A DNA stretch of 64,000 bases from an uncultured Candidatus Saccharibacteria bacterium (GTDB lineage Bacteria > Patescibacteriota > Doudnabacteria > UBA920), in the NCBI GenBank assembly GCA_964483665.1, contig CAZACP010000001.1, positions 6,358 to 70,357 of the forward strand, in the 5' to 3' direction. The translations under genes and the position numbers were made by a program. The notes beneath the pieces are model-generated. The model saw only the letters and a list, made by a program, of their open reading frames with translations. It searched no databases and was not told the DNA's origin. Of the stretch, positions 38,809 to 48,899 are shown in pieces; position 1 is the stretch's first letter, and every line of letters starts with the position of its first letter.

Positions 38809-40167
38809 TTATATTTTTTTAAATATTACTATTTCCCTGGCAACTATTTGGTCTTTACGGTCGTAAATAGCTGTTCCTCTGGCTGTGAGCTTTAAAAATT
38901 TGTATTTTTTAGCCTCAGAGGAGGGGATTAAGCTTATAGAATTATATCCTAAAGCCGAGGCAAAGTCAAGACTAGGCAGCATTTCGTACTCGTGCCTGCC
39001 TTTTTTATAAGCCGGTATGCACATAACTATTTTTGCGCCGGAGGGTAAAAATTTGGTGAATTCTTGAAAGGTTTTAGAATAAAGTTCTGTTAAATCGGCG
39101 AAATTTTTCTTAATTTCGTGCTCTTTTGGATAGTTGCCGTATATTGGCCCTAAAGTGCATTCCGTCACTATGCTACTTATTTTTTCTTTGCCAATAAGCT
39201 CTGCAACTTTTGTGGCGTCGGAGGTATTTAAAATATATTTTCCCGGGGCGATTTTATAGCGGTTTCTAAACCATTCCAAATTTTGTTCACTGCCTCTTAC
39301 AGCCACCCTGTTAATGTCTGACCCGAACATTCTGTAGCCCAAAAGCAGACCTTCCTGAATAATAGTGCCGATTCCGCAGAAAGGGTCAAGTATGGTGCTG
39401 CCTGGCTTGCAGCCGCTTAAATTTAGCATGACTTGCGCGACTTTTGGCGGGATCATGCCTTGCTTGTCGTCGCGTACCGGGCGCTGGTAGTCTCTTCGCC
39501 CGTAGTCTTCAAAGTCCTGGACTGTCAAAGTTTTGCCCACATAAACTTTTTCTTTGCCGGCTATAAGGCAAACCTCGGCTCCTTTTTGTAAAAGCAAATT
39601 GCCGGTAACGGCCACAGAGGCCAAAGAAAGGGAATTTATTTCGGGTAATACCAGTCTCACGCTGGCTCCGGTTTCGGTTAGGGTTTTCTTTATCATCATG
39701 CCAATTTTCTTGGGTTCGATGAATATATTGTTAGTTCGCTGGCCGGCAGAATTGTTTTGATTTTGGTTATAGCCGCCATTTTGAAAAGCGGGACGTTTTG
39801 CCAATTCTTCGTCGAGCAAATAAATACTGACTCCAAACTGAATTTTGCCTTTGTAATCTTTTAGAAATTGTTTTTTTAGCACGCTAGGCTTGAAGTAGTG
39901 CTGTAGAGTAAAGTTAACCGAATCAAACTCTCTTTTTTTAAGTTCCTCGCAAATTTGAATTATTTTTATGCAGCCGCCCAAAAACTTTTGCAGCTTTTCC
40001 ACTTGCAAAGGTTTTTGGGTTTCTATAATTAAAACTTCAAATGAAGCGTCTACTATTGAAACGGGGTTGTCTAAAAGCCCCAAAGACGCATCTGCCCTTT
40101 CTAAAACAGCCAAAATTTCGGCCATTGAAAGAGTATAAACCCTCCCTAATATGAATCCGTAGCGCAT
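38809..40167 (-). CDS. SAM-dependent RNA methyltransferase (Trm11/THUMP-like)
   Basis: RP.RD...GM.PPKVAQVM.NL, ILDPFCGIGT; start moved to ATG 40167. Confidence 0.8.
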   Translation of the reverse strand: MRYGFILGRVYTLSMAEILAVLERADASLGLLDNPVSIVDASFEVLIIETQKPLQVEKLQKFLGGCIKIIQICEELKKREFDSVNFTLQHYFKPSVLKKQFLKDYKGKIQFGVSIYLLDEELAKRPAFQNGGYNQNQNNSAGQRTNNIFIEPKKIGMMIKKTLTETGASVRLVLPEINSLSLASVAVTGNLLLQKGAEVCLIAGKEKVYVGKTLTVQDFEDYGRRDYQRPVRDDKQGMIPPKVAQVMLNLSGCKPGSTILDPFCGIGTIIQEGLLLGYRMFGSDINRVAVRGSEQNLEWFRNRYKIAPGKYILNTSDATKVAELIGKEKISSIVTECTLGPIYGNYPKEHEIKKNFADLTELYSKTFQEFTKFLPSGAKIVMCIPAYKKGRHEYEMLPSLDFASALGYNSISLIPSSEAKKYKFLKLTARGTAIYDRKDQIVAREIVIFKKI

Positions 40168-40278
40168 TGGATAGTTATCGGTTGATATAATTATAGTCCC
40201 GATGCTTTTTGGTCGGGGCTCCGACTTTACGTCGGAGTTGATAGTACAAACAGATAATGTTACGATTAAGCTAAAGAT

Positions 40279-40692
40279 ATGCTTACTTACCAAGAATTTA
40301 AGGACTGGTGCGAAACCCACAAGCAAAAATTTGTAATAGCCGCCTGTTTTTTGCTGGTGTTTTTGGCAGGAATAGGGGTGGGCAGATATGAAAAAAACAA
40401 CCGGCAAAGCAACATAAATTTAAATAATTATAGCACAAATAATTCAAAAGAGCAAAAAATTAACCAACAAGCAGGGGAGCAGGCGGTTTTGGGAACAGAG
40501 GCGGTAAAGGCTACGACGACTTTGCCGACGGTTATAAACACAGATGCCTGTAAAATAAAAGGCAACATAGGTACAGGCGGGAAAATTTACCATATGCCGG
40601 GCGGCGCTTCCTACAAAATTGTTAAGCCGGAAATGTGTTTTAATACTGAAGCCGAAGCTGTGGCTGCAGGGTTTAGGAAGGCTGGGAGGTAG
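40279..40692 (+). CDS. membrane-anchored protein with Ada-like/nuclease-associated C-terminal domain
   Basis: C.IKGNI...KIYH.PG..Y...PE.CF.TE.EA..AGFR. Confidence 0.75.
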   Translation: MLTYQEFKDWCETHKQKFVIAACFLLVFLAGIGVGRYEKNNRQSNINLNNYSTNNSKEQKINQQAGEQAVLGTEAVKATTTLPTVINTDACKIKGNIGTGGKIYHMPGGASYKIVKPEMCFNTEAEAVAAGFRKAGR

Positions 40693-41079
40693 GGTGGGAA
40701 AACAATTAACAATTAACAATTAACTACAACCTGCTCGCGGTATTGACGGGCAGGCTTTTTTTTGATAACTTATATTAACTTTGCCCTGGCCGAAATACCA
40801 GGGAAAATGGCTCATATTTACCACCTCATCCCGCGTGAGCCATAAAGTCGTCAACCTTCAAAAATGTCCCCGCAAGCTGTTAAAAAATTTTTGAAGGAAA
40901 TGGCGGCGTGTTGTTGTTAGCCAAGGAGGAACTGTCTATAGGGCATGCGTGAGCTTGCTTACAAACCTGAGACTTTATACAGCCTCTGGTTTTGACTTTT
41001 GTCCTCCTTGGCCGGCTGGTTGATGCAGCCGGTCTTTTTATTTGTTTAACGAAAAGATTTTAGCTATAATCCCTGTAAT

Positions 41080-42285
41080 ATGCAAAAAGAAATTTATTTA
41101 GACTACGCGGCCACAACCCCGCTTGATACAAAAGTTAAAGCCTCAATGCTGCCATATTTAGGCAGCGCTTTTGGCAACCCTTCCGCTTTGTATAAAAAGG
41201 GGAGAGAGGCAAAACAAGCAGTCGAAAGTTCTAGAAAAAGTATTGCCGGTTTAATAGGCAGCAGGCCGGAGGAAATAATTTTTACCGCCGGAGGAACGGA
41301 AAGTAACAACCTAGCTATTTTTGGCATTTTAAGAGCGGCTTTGGGGCAGAGTAAAAAAAAGTTTCCGCACATAATTACCACCAGCATTGAACATGCTTCT
41401 GTTTTAGAGCCTATAAAGTCGCTTCAAGGGGAAGGTTTTTTGGCGAGTTTGGTAAAGGTAGATTCGGAAGGAATTGTCAGTCCTGAAAATATAAAAAAAC
41501 AAATTCGGCCGGAAACGGTTTTAGTTTCGGTTATGTATGCTAACAACGAAATAGGTTCTATTCAGCCCATAGCCGAAATAGGGAAGCTTATAAGACAAGA
41601 AAACCAAAAACGGGCGGCCAAAAAATTACCTGTAATATATTTTCATACAGACGCCTGCCAAGCAGCCGGTCTGTTGGATATTAACGTACAAAAGCTGGGT
41701 GTGGATTTAATGACCATTAACGGGAGTAAAATATATGGTCCGAAACAGTCAGGCTTTTTATTTGTAAGGAACGGACTGAATATAAAGCCTTTAATGTATG
41801 GCGGGGGGCAGGAAAAGGCTTTGCGCAGCGGAACAGAAAATGTGGCTAATATTGTTGGTTTTTCTACAGCTCTCAAATTGGCTCAAGAAAATAAATTAAA
41901 AGAAAGTAAAAGGCTTGTAGCCCTGCGCGATTATTTTTTTGAAAAACTTAACAAAAATATTTCCGAAATTAGTTTAAACGGACCTGGTCTTAAGTCAGCA
42001 AAACGTTTGGCCAATAATCTTAATATAAGTGTTATGGGCGTTGAAGGCGAAGCCTTACTTCTATATTTAGACGCCCAAGGGGTGTATGTGAGTACCGGCA
42101 GTTCATGTGATTCAAGCTCAGGGCAAGAATCGCACGTTTTAAGGGCAATAGGCTTAAATGCCAAAATGTCCGAATCGGCCATTAGAATTACTTTAGGCAA
42201 AATTACAAATAAAAAAGATATAGATTACGCGTTGCAAGTTCTGGTAAGGGCAGTGAGTCTGTTAAGAAAATCCAAAACCACATAA
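41080..42285 (+). CDS. iscS: cysteine desulfurase
   Basis: IYLDYAATTP, GNPS, NNEIG, HTDACQ, KIYGPK, RSGTEN, STGSSC. Confidence 0.93.
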   Translation: MQKEIYLDYAATTPLDTKVKASMLPYLGSAFGNPSALYKKGREAKQAVESSRKSIAGLIGSRPEEIIFTAGGTESNNLAIFGILRAALGQSKKKFPHIITTSIEHASVLEPIKSLQGEGFLASLVKVDSEGIVSPENIKKQIRPETVLVSVMYANNEIGSIQPIAEIGKLIRQENQKRAAKKLPVIYFHTDACQAAGLLDINVQKLGVDLMTINGSKIYGPKQSGFLFVRNGLNIKPLMYGGGQEKALRSGTENVANIVGFSTALKLAQENKLKESKRLVALRDYFFEKLNKNISEISLNGPGLKSAKRLANNLNISVMGVEGEALLLYLDAQGVYVSTGSSCDSSSGQESHVLRAIGLNAKMSESAIRITLGKITNKKDIDYALQVLVRAVSLLRKSKTT

Positions 42286-42330
42286 GCAGACAAAAACCGC
42301 TGGGGAACAGCGGTTTTTGAAATACCTACT

Positions 42331-42358
42331 ATGTCGCACAATGTATCTTATGCGACAT
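42331..42358. other. dif-like Xer recombination site
   Basis: ATGTCGCACAA-TGTATC-TTATGCGACAT, an 11-6-11 layout resembling E. coli dif. Confidence 0.7.
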
Positions 42359-42436
42359 TGAATATATAAATAAAGCTTTGTAAAACCGCCAATCTGTTAA
42401 AGGCGGTTTTATTTGGTAATCAGTTAGTTATTTTTT

Positions 42437-42724
42437 TTATGGTTGTTTATTTTGATTTTGTAATAATATATCAATTTTATAATTTTGTTCTCTAATCTTA
42501 TCAATAAGTTGATTTTCTATGTCTGCCCTATCGTTTGACTCGGTAATGACGAACTGTATATAGGCAAAAGCTAAAGCAATAAAAACAGTAAAGAATGCAA
42601 CAATGACACCTGTCATCATTAGTTGCAAAAAATTTAGTTGACTATCAGGAACTTGAGTTCCAAAAGCACCAGAGGTAGAAGCTGTTGTTGTCGTGCTTTT
42701 TTTGCTTTTTTCATTCTCAGTCAT
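42437..42724 (-). CDS. hypothetical membrane protein
   Basis: Single TM helix plus coiled tail. Confidence 0.55.
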   Translation of the reverse strand: MTENEKSKKSTTTTASTSGAFGTQVPDSQLNFLQLMMTGVIVAFFTVFIALAFAYIQFVITESNDRADIENQLIDKIREQNYKIDILLQNQNKQP

Positions 42725-42730
42725 TTTATT

Positions 42731-42973
42731 TTATTCAAAAATCTTAGCTGGAAAAGTTTTTAGTTCACCAGTAACTTTATTAGCAAATAGCTTTACAGGC
42801 AAACCAGAAGGCATCAGCTTAATGCCACTTGATGGTGTTCCATTAGGAACAGTTGGGGTTGCTTCTGTATACCAAAACCAACCAACAACTTCATCCCAGT
42901 CGCCATCAGTATTATTATTGTTTAATTCAAGTATCTTTTGCTGAATTTTTTCTTTGCTTAAACCGTAAGACAT
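42731..42973 (-). CDS. hypothetical protein
   Basis: 80-aa ORF 6 nt upstream of the next gene. Confidence 0.55.
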   Translation of the reverse strand: MSYGLSKEKIQQKILELNNNNTDGDWDEVVGWFWYTEATPTVPNGTPSSGIKLMPSGLPVKLFANKVTGELKTFPAKIFE

Positions 42974-43132
42974 TTTTTACTATTATTTAATTAAATCTAC
43001 GTCAATTTTACCACAAAACCACAACCACGCAAAGAGCTAGAACTTGATATAAAAATTCTGGCTCTCCTACTAAAATTAAGCTGGGATTTATCAACCTATG
43101 TATCTTCAAAAATTTATTACCCTAACTAAACA

Positions 43133-43567
43133 TTAAGGTGTTTTGCTGCAAATAAAGCTTATACTGTTTTGCTGTCCTTTATTTAAATTCATGCTGGCGC
43201 TTGTTGAGCCGATTTCGATTGCTACATTGTTATTGGTTGGACTGACTGCATTTTTTATAAATCTTTCATTCGGACAAATTACACCCAATCGTTCTTTGGT
43301 GTTTGTAAAACCAACTAAAACATATTGGCTTATGTTATTTATGTCTAAGTCTACGGTCTTATCCCCCACTGTTGCTTTTGAGTAAATGTTTCCGTCAAAT
43401 TCGGTTAAGGAAATAAAGTAAAAATCTGAGGCATTAATTTCTGCCGGACTTAGCGAGGTTGAAGGCAGGGTATTTTTTGGTGCAGTTGTTAAAAAGTAAA
43501 ATATCCAGCCAAGTCCTATGACTATTAAACCAACCAGCGAGTATATAATTATTTTGTTTTGATTCAT
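43133..43567 (-). CDS. membrane-anchored hypothetical protein
   Basis: N-terminal TM helix, two Cys; follows the pilin genes. Confidence 0.6.
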   Translation of the reverse strand: MNQNKIIIYSLVGLIVIGLGWIFYFLTTAPKNTLPSTSLSPAEINASDFYFISLTEFDGNIYSKATVGDKTVDLDINNISQYVLVGFTNTKERLGVICPNERFIKNAVSPTNNNVAIEIGSTSASMNLNKGQQNSISFICSKTP

Positions 43568-43573
43568 AAATTT

Positions 43574-44542
43574 TTATGTTCTATTATTGTTTAGCCAATT
43601 AGCTACTGCTTCAACGCCTGCAGCCCAATTCGGACAAAAGCTACGTCTTTGTCCGCTGTCTGTATTTCCATAATTTCCCGGATTGCAAGTATCTACCGCC
43701 ACACCATCAACCCCGTAATGACTGTCGACTTCCATAATTGCCATTAGCACCCTAATGTCGATATTTCTTGCCGCGTTAACAACCATATCACCAGTAAGTG
43801 GGCTTCTTATATTTCCGCCTTTAAAAATTTGAGCTGACCTGTCCATATATGACTTTACTTTTTCAGGGGTGCTTAAATCTTGTCTAAGTAAATTATTATA
43901 TCTGTCCTTAACTAGGTTTTCATGATTAGCATCGGTCGCATAACGGCGAATGTTGTAGCCGGCTAAAATAAATGGAGTACCGTTATTTCCGTTTGCTCCC
44001 GGCAAGCTTGAGCCTGGCACAAAACCAGGAATATAAGCAGGCTGCAGCGTCACACTCGGCGGCTGTATAGGCCTAAACTTAATCAGGTCTGGGTTTAAAG
44101 CTTTAAGTAGAATATAGCCGGCAAACAAAATAACTAAAGAAGTAACTGTGCTGGCTAATATGCTTTTAGCTTTGTCTACAGATTCCTGGTTGCCACCGGC
44201 TCCAATATACAAATATCCGGCAATCACTATAAAAAATACGCCGACTACAGCAGCTGTCACTATGGCAAACCTATACAGCCTGTTTATGCAGTTATATAAA
44301 TCACCGCTGGAAACGTTATTAGCGCCCGATGAATCCAAATGGCCTCCAAAAGCATTTGTAGCAAGATTAGTTTGGCTTTTCTCCGGATCCGAAGGAGCGC
44401 ATAAATATTGTTTTATTTGAGCTCCAACTCCGGCTGTAGTGTAATCTGCGCTGCCGGAAGTGGTGTTTTGGGCAAAGGCAAGGTTTAAAAAACCTATTGC
44501 CAAATAAAAACAAATCGAAATAAGTAAGAGTTTTTTAGGCAT
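43574..44542 (-). CDS. CPR VirB2/TrbC-like pilin fused to a lysozyme/glucosaminidase-like domain
   Basis: Signal peptide; IAGYLYI.AGGN.E.V.KAK..L...LNP pilin core; tail AIMEVDSHYG..NPGN..W..G. Confidence 0.7.
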   Translation of the reverse strand: MPKKLLLISICFYLAIGFLNLAFAQNTTSGSADYTTAGVGAQIKQYLCAPSDPEKSQTNLATNAFGGHLDSSGANNVSSGDLYNCINRLYRFAIVTAAVVGVFFIVIAGYLYIGAGGNQESVDKAKSILASTVTSLVILFAGYILLKALNPDLIKFRPIQPPSVTLQPAYIPGFVPGSSLPGANGNNGTPFILAGYNIRRYATDANHENLVKDRYNNLLRQDLSTPEKVKSYMDRSAQIFKGGNIRSPLTGDMVVNAARNIDIRVLMAIMEVDSHYGVDGVAVDTCNPGNYGNTDSGQRRSFCPNWAAGVEAVANWLNNNRT

Positions 44543-45328
44543 TAAAATATTATAAAGATATTGGGATATTAAATTATGGGCACTTGCCTTTTAAATCTAT
44601 GTGCAAATGAAAACTTTGGTCTCTGTCTCTGCCCGGGTTTATGCGATCCTCGGTAATACCAGCCTGTTTTGCTGCGTTATAAATAGCTTCACCAACCGGA
44701 CGGCCTTTGTGAGCTTTAATGTCATAAAAACCGCTTCCCAGCCTGTCGCTAAAGTCTACGGCGCAGCCAAGTTGGTGCTGAGAGCCTTTTGATTCTCTCC
44801 TTACAGTTGAACTAACCTGAGGCTTGCTTCCGCTTTGCGAAGCCACGGAACAAATTTGCAAAAGTTTTTGCCACATAGGCGCGGCCAAATTAGGCAGCTC
44901 GTTGCGCGGCCTGTCTTCGCTGGTTATAGTACAGCCCGCGGCTTCTAATTGCGCAATGCTTCCGCCGGCTGAACCGGTTATAGGGGTTGTAACCTGGGCT
45001 GAAGCTGGGATTTGGGCTGCCGGAGGTTCTCCGGTTTCTGCTTCCGGCGGCTCTGCCGTATCTAAAACTACACTCGGCGGCTGTATAGGCCTAAACTTAA
45101 TCAGGTCTGGGTTTAAAGCTTTAAGTAGAATATAGCCGGCAAACAAAATAACTAAAGAAGTAACTGTGCTGGCTAATATGCTTTTAGCTTTGTCTACAGA
45201 TTCCTGGTTGCCACCGGCTCCAATATACAAATATCCGGCAATCACTATAAAAAATACGCCGACTACAGCAGCTGTCACTATGGCAAACCTATACAGCCTG
45301 TTTATGCAGTTATATAAATCACCGCTGG
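44052..45328. repeat. 259-bp exact direct repeat (44052-44310 = 45070-45328)
   Basis: Compared by eye; a second block, 44385-44485 vs 45391-45491, has 3 synonymous differences. Confidence 0.9.
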
Positions 45329-45548
45329 CTTTGTTGTTATTAGCTGAATACTCGACCTGGCTGCCGGTAAAATTTGTTTGTTTTGGGTCGGGATCCGAAG
45401 GAGCACATAAATATTGTTTTATTTGAGCTCCAACTCCGGCTGTGGTGTAATCTGCGCTGCCGGAAGTAGTGTTTTGGGCAAAGGCAAGGTTAACCCAAGC
45501 CGTAAGGGTGTAAAAGAATATTGTTACAACAAGAATCTTTTTAAGCAT
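44574..45548 (-). CDS. CPR VirB2/TrbC-like pilin fused to a peptidase M15-like domain
   Basis: Same pilin core; tail SS..R...SQHQLGCAVD ... HLHID. Confidence 0.72.
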   Translation of the reverse strand: MLKKILVVTIFFYTLTAWVNLAFAQNTTSGSADYTTAGVGAQIKQYLCAPSDPDPKQTNFTGSQVEYSANNNKASGDLYNCINRLYRFAIVTAAVVGVFFIVIAGYLYIGAGGNQESVDKAKSILASTVTSLVILFAGYILLKALNPDLIKFRPIQPPSVVLDTAEPPEAETGEPPAAQIPASAQVTTPITGSAGGSIAQLEAAGCTITSEDRPRNELPNLAAPMWQKLLQICSVASQSGSKPQVSSTVRRESKGSQHQLGCAVDFSDRLGSGFYDIKAHKGRPVGEAIYNAAKQAGITEDRINPGRDRDQSFHLHIDLKGKCP

Positions 45549-45587
45549 TATTTATTGCGCTGAAAGATACGAAATTATAGCTAAAAA

Positions 45588-46919
45588 TTACTCTAAAAAG
45601 TTTAAAGGATTATAGGTATAGCCGTAAGGCAAACGATATGAGCCATAAATATTTTGGTATGCGCCGTCTTTAACCCCAAAACCTTCCTGGTCATATACGC
45701 CAAAGTGCAAGTGGTATCCCCTCTCTGGGCCGTAAAGTTTTTTGGTAGTATTGCCGGTATTGCCCTCGTAACCTATAAGGTCGCCTTGGCTGACTTTTTG
45801 TCCTGGGCTGACTTTAATTGTGCGCAAATGGGCGTAAACCGTAATTATTCCGGCAGAGCCGTTTTTAGTTGAAATATTGTGCTTTATCGCCACCCAGTTA
45901 CCATAAGAAGCGTCCGATTTGTCGGTATAAGCCACTTCCCCGCCGGCTGCCGCGTATATTGGCGAACCTGCCGGCGCGGCTATGTCTATGCCGTTGTGGA
46001 AGTTGTAGCCTAAAGCGCGAAACCCGGTATTGCCGTATTTTTGGGTTAATATGCCGTCCAGCGGCCAGGCCAATACGCCTTTTTTAGCCGCAATAGTTTT
46101 GTTTCCAAGTTTTGCTCTTACCTGTTCGTCTAGCTTGGAAATTTCCTCTTCTAACTTGTCGGCCTCGTTTTTGCTGACGGCTAAAAGTTTTTGGAAGTTG
46201 CTTTCAATGCCTCTGGTTTGGTTTAAAAGTTTTTGTTTGTCGTTTCGCTGCTGGGTAAGCGAATTTTGAACCTGTTCAAGCTCTAATTTTAATTCGTTTA
46301 AGCTGGCTAATTGAGCTTGCAAGTCTTTTTGTTGAGCTTCTAAGCGAGCCTTAAGCTGCTTAATTTTTTGCATGATTTGATAGACTTTGTCGTTATAGCT
46401 TTGGGTGTACTGAACCTGGTCTAAGAAACTCGAAAAACTGTCCGCTCCGACTGTGGTTTTTAAAAGATACTCGTTGTCAAACTCGTTTAACTGCCTTATA
46501 AGCTCTGAAAGTATTTTTTTGTTGTCGGAAATTTCTTTAATTTTTTGCTCTATAAGCTTTTGCAGAATTTCTATTTGGGTTTGGGTGTCGTCTATTTGGG
46601 TTTGTTTGGCTTCTATTTGCAGTTCCGTTTGCGCGATTTCTTTTTCAAAAATGCTAATTTCGCTTTTTAAAGTGTTGGATTTGTTGCGGGCATCAGAAAT
46701 TTGCTGGGTAAAACTTTTGATTTGCGAGTTTATTAACTCCAGCTTTTTTTGAGTTTCGCTTTTTTTGGTGTTTAACTGGTCAACCTCTGCCTTGCTTTGT
46801 TCCTGAGCGTTTAGCTCTGTATTTTCCGGAGTTTGGGCATAGGAAAAACTTGCTGCCAACAAAAAAATAATTGCCAAAAAAATTGATTTTGTATTTTTAT
46901 TTTTTTGAGTCAAAATCAT
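45588..46919 (-). CDS. coiled-coil M23 murein endopeptidase
   Basis: Long coiled coil, HNGIDI, YAHL, G.TG, HLHF. Confidence 0.9.
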   Translation of the reverse strand: MILTQKNKNTKSIFLAIIFLLAASFSYAQTPENTELNAQEQSKAEVDQLNTKKSETQKKLELINSQIKSFTQQISDARNKSNTLKSEISIFEKEIAQTELQIEAKQTQIDDTQTQIEILQKLIEQKIKEISDNKKILSELIRQLNEFDNEYLLKTTVGADSFSSFLDQVQYTQSYNDKVYQIMQKIKQLKARLEAQQKDLQAQLASLNELKLELEQVQNSLTQQRNDKQKLLNQTRGIESNFQKLLAVSKNEADKLEEEISKLDEQVRAKLGNKTIAAKKGVLAWPLDGILTQKYGNTGFRALGYNFHNGIDIAAPAGSPIYAAAGGEVAYTDKSDASYGNWVAIKHNISTKNGSAGIITVYAHLRTIKVSPGQKVSQGDLIGYEGNTGNTTKKLYGPERGYHLHFGVYDQEGFGVKDGAYQNIYGSYRLPYGYTYNPLNFLE

Positions 46920-46996
46920 TGAAGATATTATACCAGATTTATAAATAAAAAGCATCTTTTTTCAAAAATGCTTTTTAAATAATTTGTTTTATTTTC

Positions 46997-48493
46997 TTAA
47001 AGTTTTTCTGCTGCAAACTTAAGCCTTTTTATAATTTCTGCCTTACCCAGGCCAATAAACATTGCGCTTAAAACTTCGAACGGGCTGGGGCTTTTTTCAG
47101 CCCCGGTTAAAGCAGCTCTTAGGGGCCACAAAACTGAGCCGTTATCGTAATTGTTTGTTGTTATAAATTCCTTAATTTTTATTTCCGCGTTTGCTTGTTT
47201 AAAATCTTCATCTGTAAAGGAACTTATTAATTCCACTAATTTTCCTAATACAGCCTTGGTTTTTTCTTTGTCAGACTTTTTCCAAACTAAGAGTCCGCCG
47301 TCGTAATCGGGCGCTGCAAAAAAATACCGAGTCCTTTCCCCTATTTCTGAAAGTTTTTTTAAGCGTTCTTTTTCTAAGTTTGCCACTGCTTCCAGATAAC
47401 CCGGAGGGTATTTTTCTGTTTCTACTCCGGCTGTTTGCCAGTAAGGTAATAAATTTTTTACCAAACTTTCGTTGTTTAAATTTTTTATATATTGCCCGTT
47501 AAGCCAGTCCAGTTTGGCGGTGTCAAAAACCGCGCCTGATTTGTTTACTTTGCTTAAATCAAACTGCTGAATTAAATCTTCCAGGCTAAAAATTTCCTGC
47601 TCGGTTTTTGGGTTCCAGCCCAAGAAAGCTACAAAATTTAAAAGCGCTTCTTTTAAATAGCCTTTTTGCAAAAAGTCTTCTACGCTTACATCGCCTTGGC
47701 GCTTGGAAAGTTTAGATTTGTCCGGGTTTAAAATTAAGGGCAAATGCGCAAAGGCCGTTGGCTTGTAGCCTAATGCCTGGTAAATTAGCAAATGTTTTGG
47801 AGTTGAGGGCAGCCATTCCTCGCCCCTTATAACGTGAGTAATTTGCATTTCGTGGTCGTCAACCACCACGGCTAAATGGTAAGTCGGAAACCCGTCGGAT
47901 TTTATAATTACCTGGTCGTCTAAAATTTTATGATCGTATTTTACGTCGCCGTAAATTAAGTCATTTACCACGGTTTCGCCTTCTAAGGGTATGGCAAAAC
48001 GAACCACTGGTTTTTTGCCCAAGGCGTTAAATTCGTCGGTCTGTTTTTTTATTTCTTCTTCGCTTAAATTTCTGCAGTGCCTGTCATACATCGGCGGTTT
48101 TTTTAGCGCGGTTTGTTCTTTGCGCAAATCTTCTAAGCGGGCTTCGCTGCAAAAACAATAGTAAGCTTTTTTTTCGGTAATTAATTTTTGCGCTGCCTCT
48201 TGGTATTTTTTTAAACGTTTAGATTGCAAATACGGCCCAAACTCTCCCCTCTCGCCCAGGCTGCCGTCTTCTTTTAAATAAAAACCTTCGTCAAATTCTA
48301 TTCCTACCTCTTTCATTACCTTCAGTAAATTTTCCACGGCGCCTTGTACTTGCCTGCTTTGGTCGGTGTCTTCAATTCTTAAAACGTGCGTTCCGTTGTT
48401 ATGCCTGGCAAAGAGGTAGGAAAAAAGCGCGGTTCTTAAAGAACCTATGTGTACAAAACCGGTTGGACTGGGAGCGAAACGAGTGCGAACCAT
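46997..48493 (-). CDS. gltX: glutamyl-tRNA synthetase
   Basis: RTRFAPSPTG..HIG, LRIEDTD, KLSKR. Confidence 0.98.
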   Translation of the reverse strand: MVRTRFAPSPTGFVHIGSLRTALFSYLFARHNNGTHVLRIEDTDQSRQVQGAVENLLKVMKEVGIEFDEGFYLKEDGSLGERGEFGPYLQSKRLKKYQEAAQKLITEKKAYYCFCSEARLEDLRKEQTALKKPPMYDRHCRNLSEEEIKKQTDEFNALGKKPVVRFAIPLEGETVVNDLIYGDVKYDHKILDDQVIIKSDGFPTYHLAVVVDDHEMQITHVIRGEEWLPSTPKHLLIYQALGYKPTAFAHLPLILNPDKSKLSKRQGDVSVEDFLQKGYLKEALLNFVAFLGWNPKTEQEIFSLEDLIQQFDLSKVNKSGAVFDTAKLDWLNGQYIKNLNNESLVKNLLPYWQTAGVETEKYPPGYLEAVANLEKERLKKLSEIGERTRYFFAAPDYDGGLLVWKKSDKEKTKAVLGKLVELISSFTDEDFKQANAEIKIKEFITTNNYDNGSVLWPLRAALTGAEKSPSPFEVLSAMFIGLGKAEIIKRLKFAAEKL

Positions 48494-48536
48494 AAAGTAA
48501 ATGACAAAAATTAAATAATTGACAAAAATGACAAAA

Positions 48537-48890
48537 TTATTCCCAAACTAAAGTTAATATTAGACCAATAAATCCTAAAATTAAACCGGCTATTGCGCCT
48601 TTAGTTGGGAGTTGGTGGGAAACGTAATAAGTCATTAGTGGTTCGGCAACCAAAATTGAGGTTATGGAAATTACTGTTACTATCCAAATATTTTTAAATG
48701 CTCTTAATCCAAACATATAGCCGCACAAAAGCATAAAGGTGCTAACTAAAGCAAAAAGCACGACTTTCCCGATTACCGGCCAAAAAGGTTTTTGTTCTGT
48801 ATAAAATAAACGAGCTGAAAGAACCTCAGCGTAAATTATAAGAGCTTCGCCAACAAACAGTACCAGACTGGAAATAATTTTTTGATACAT
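48537..48890 (-). CDS. small 4-TM membrane protein (DMT/SMR-like)
   Basis: Four hydrophobic segments. Confidence 0.6.
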   Translation of the reverse strand: MYQKIISSLVLFVGEALIIYAEVLSARLFYTEQKPFWPVIGKVVLFALVSTFMLLCGYMFGLRAFKNIWIVTVISITSILVAEPLMTYYVSHQLPTKGAIAGLILGFIGLILTLVWE

Positions 48891-48899
48891 ATTTTGCCA

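Noticed and set aside
44052-45491. Pilin duplication as DGR template/variable repeats
   Set aside because: No reverse transcriptase in the window; the few differences are synonymous and occur in both directions.
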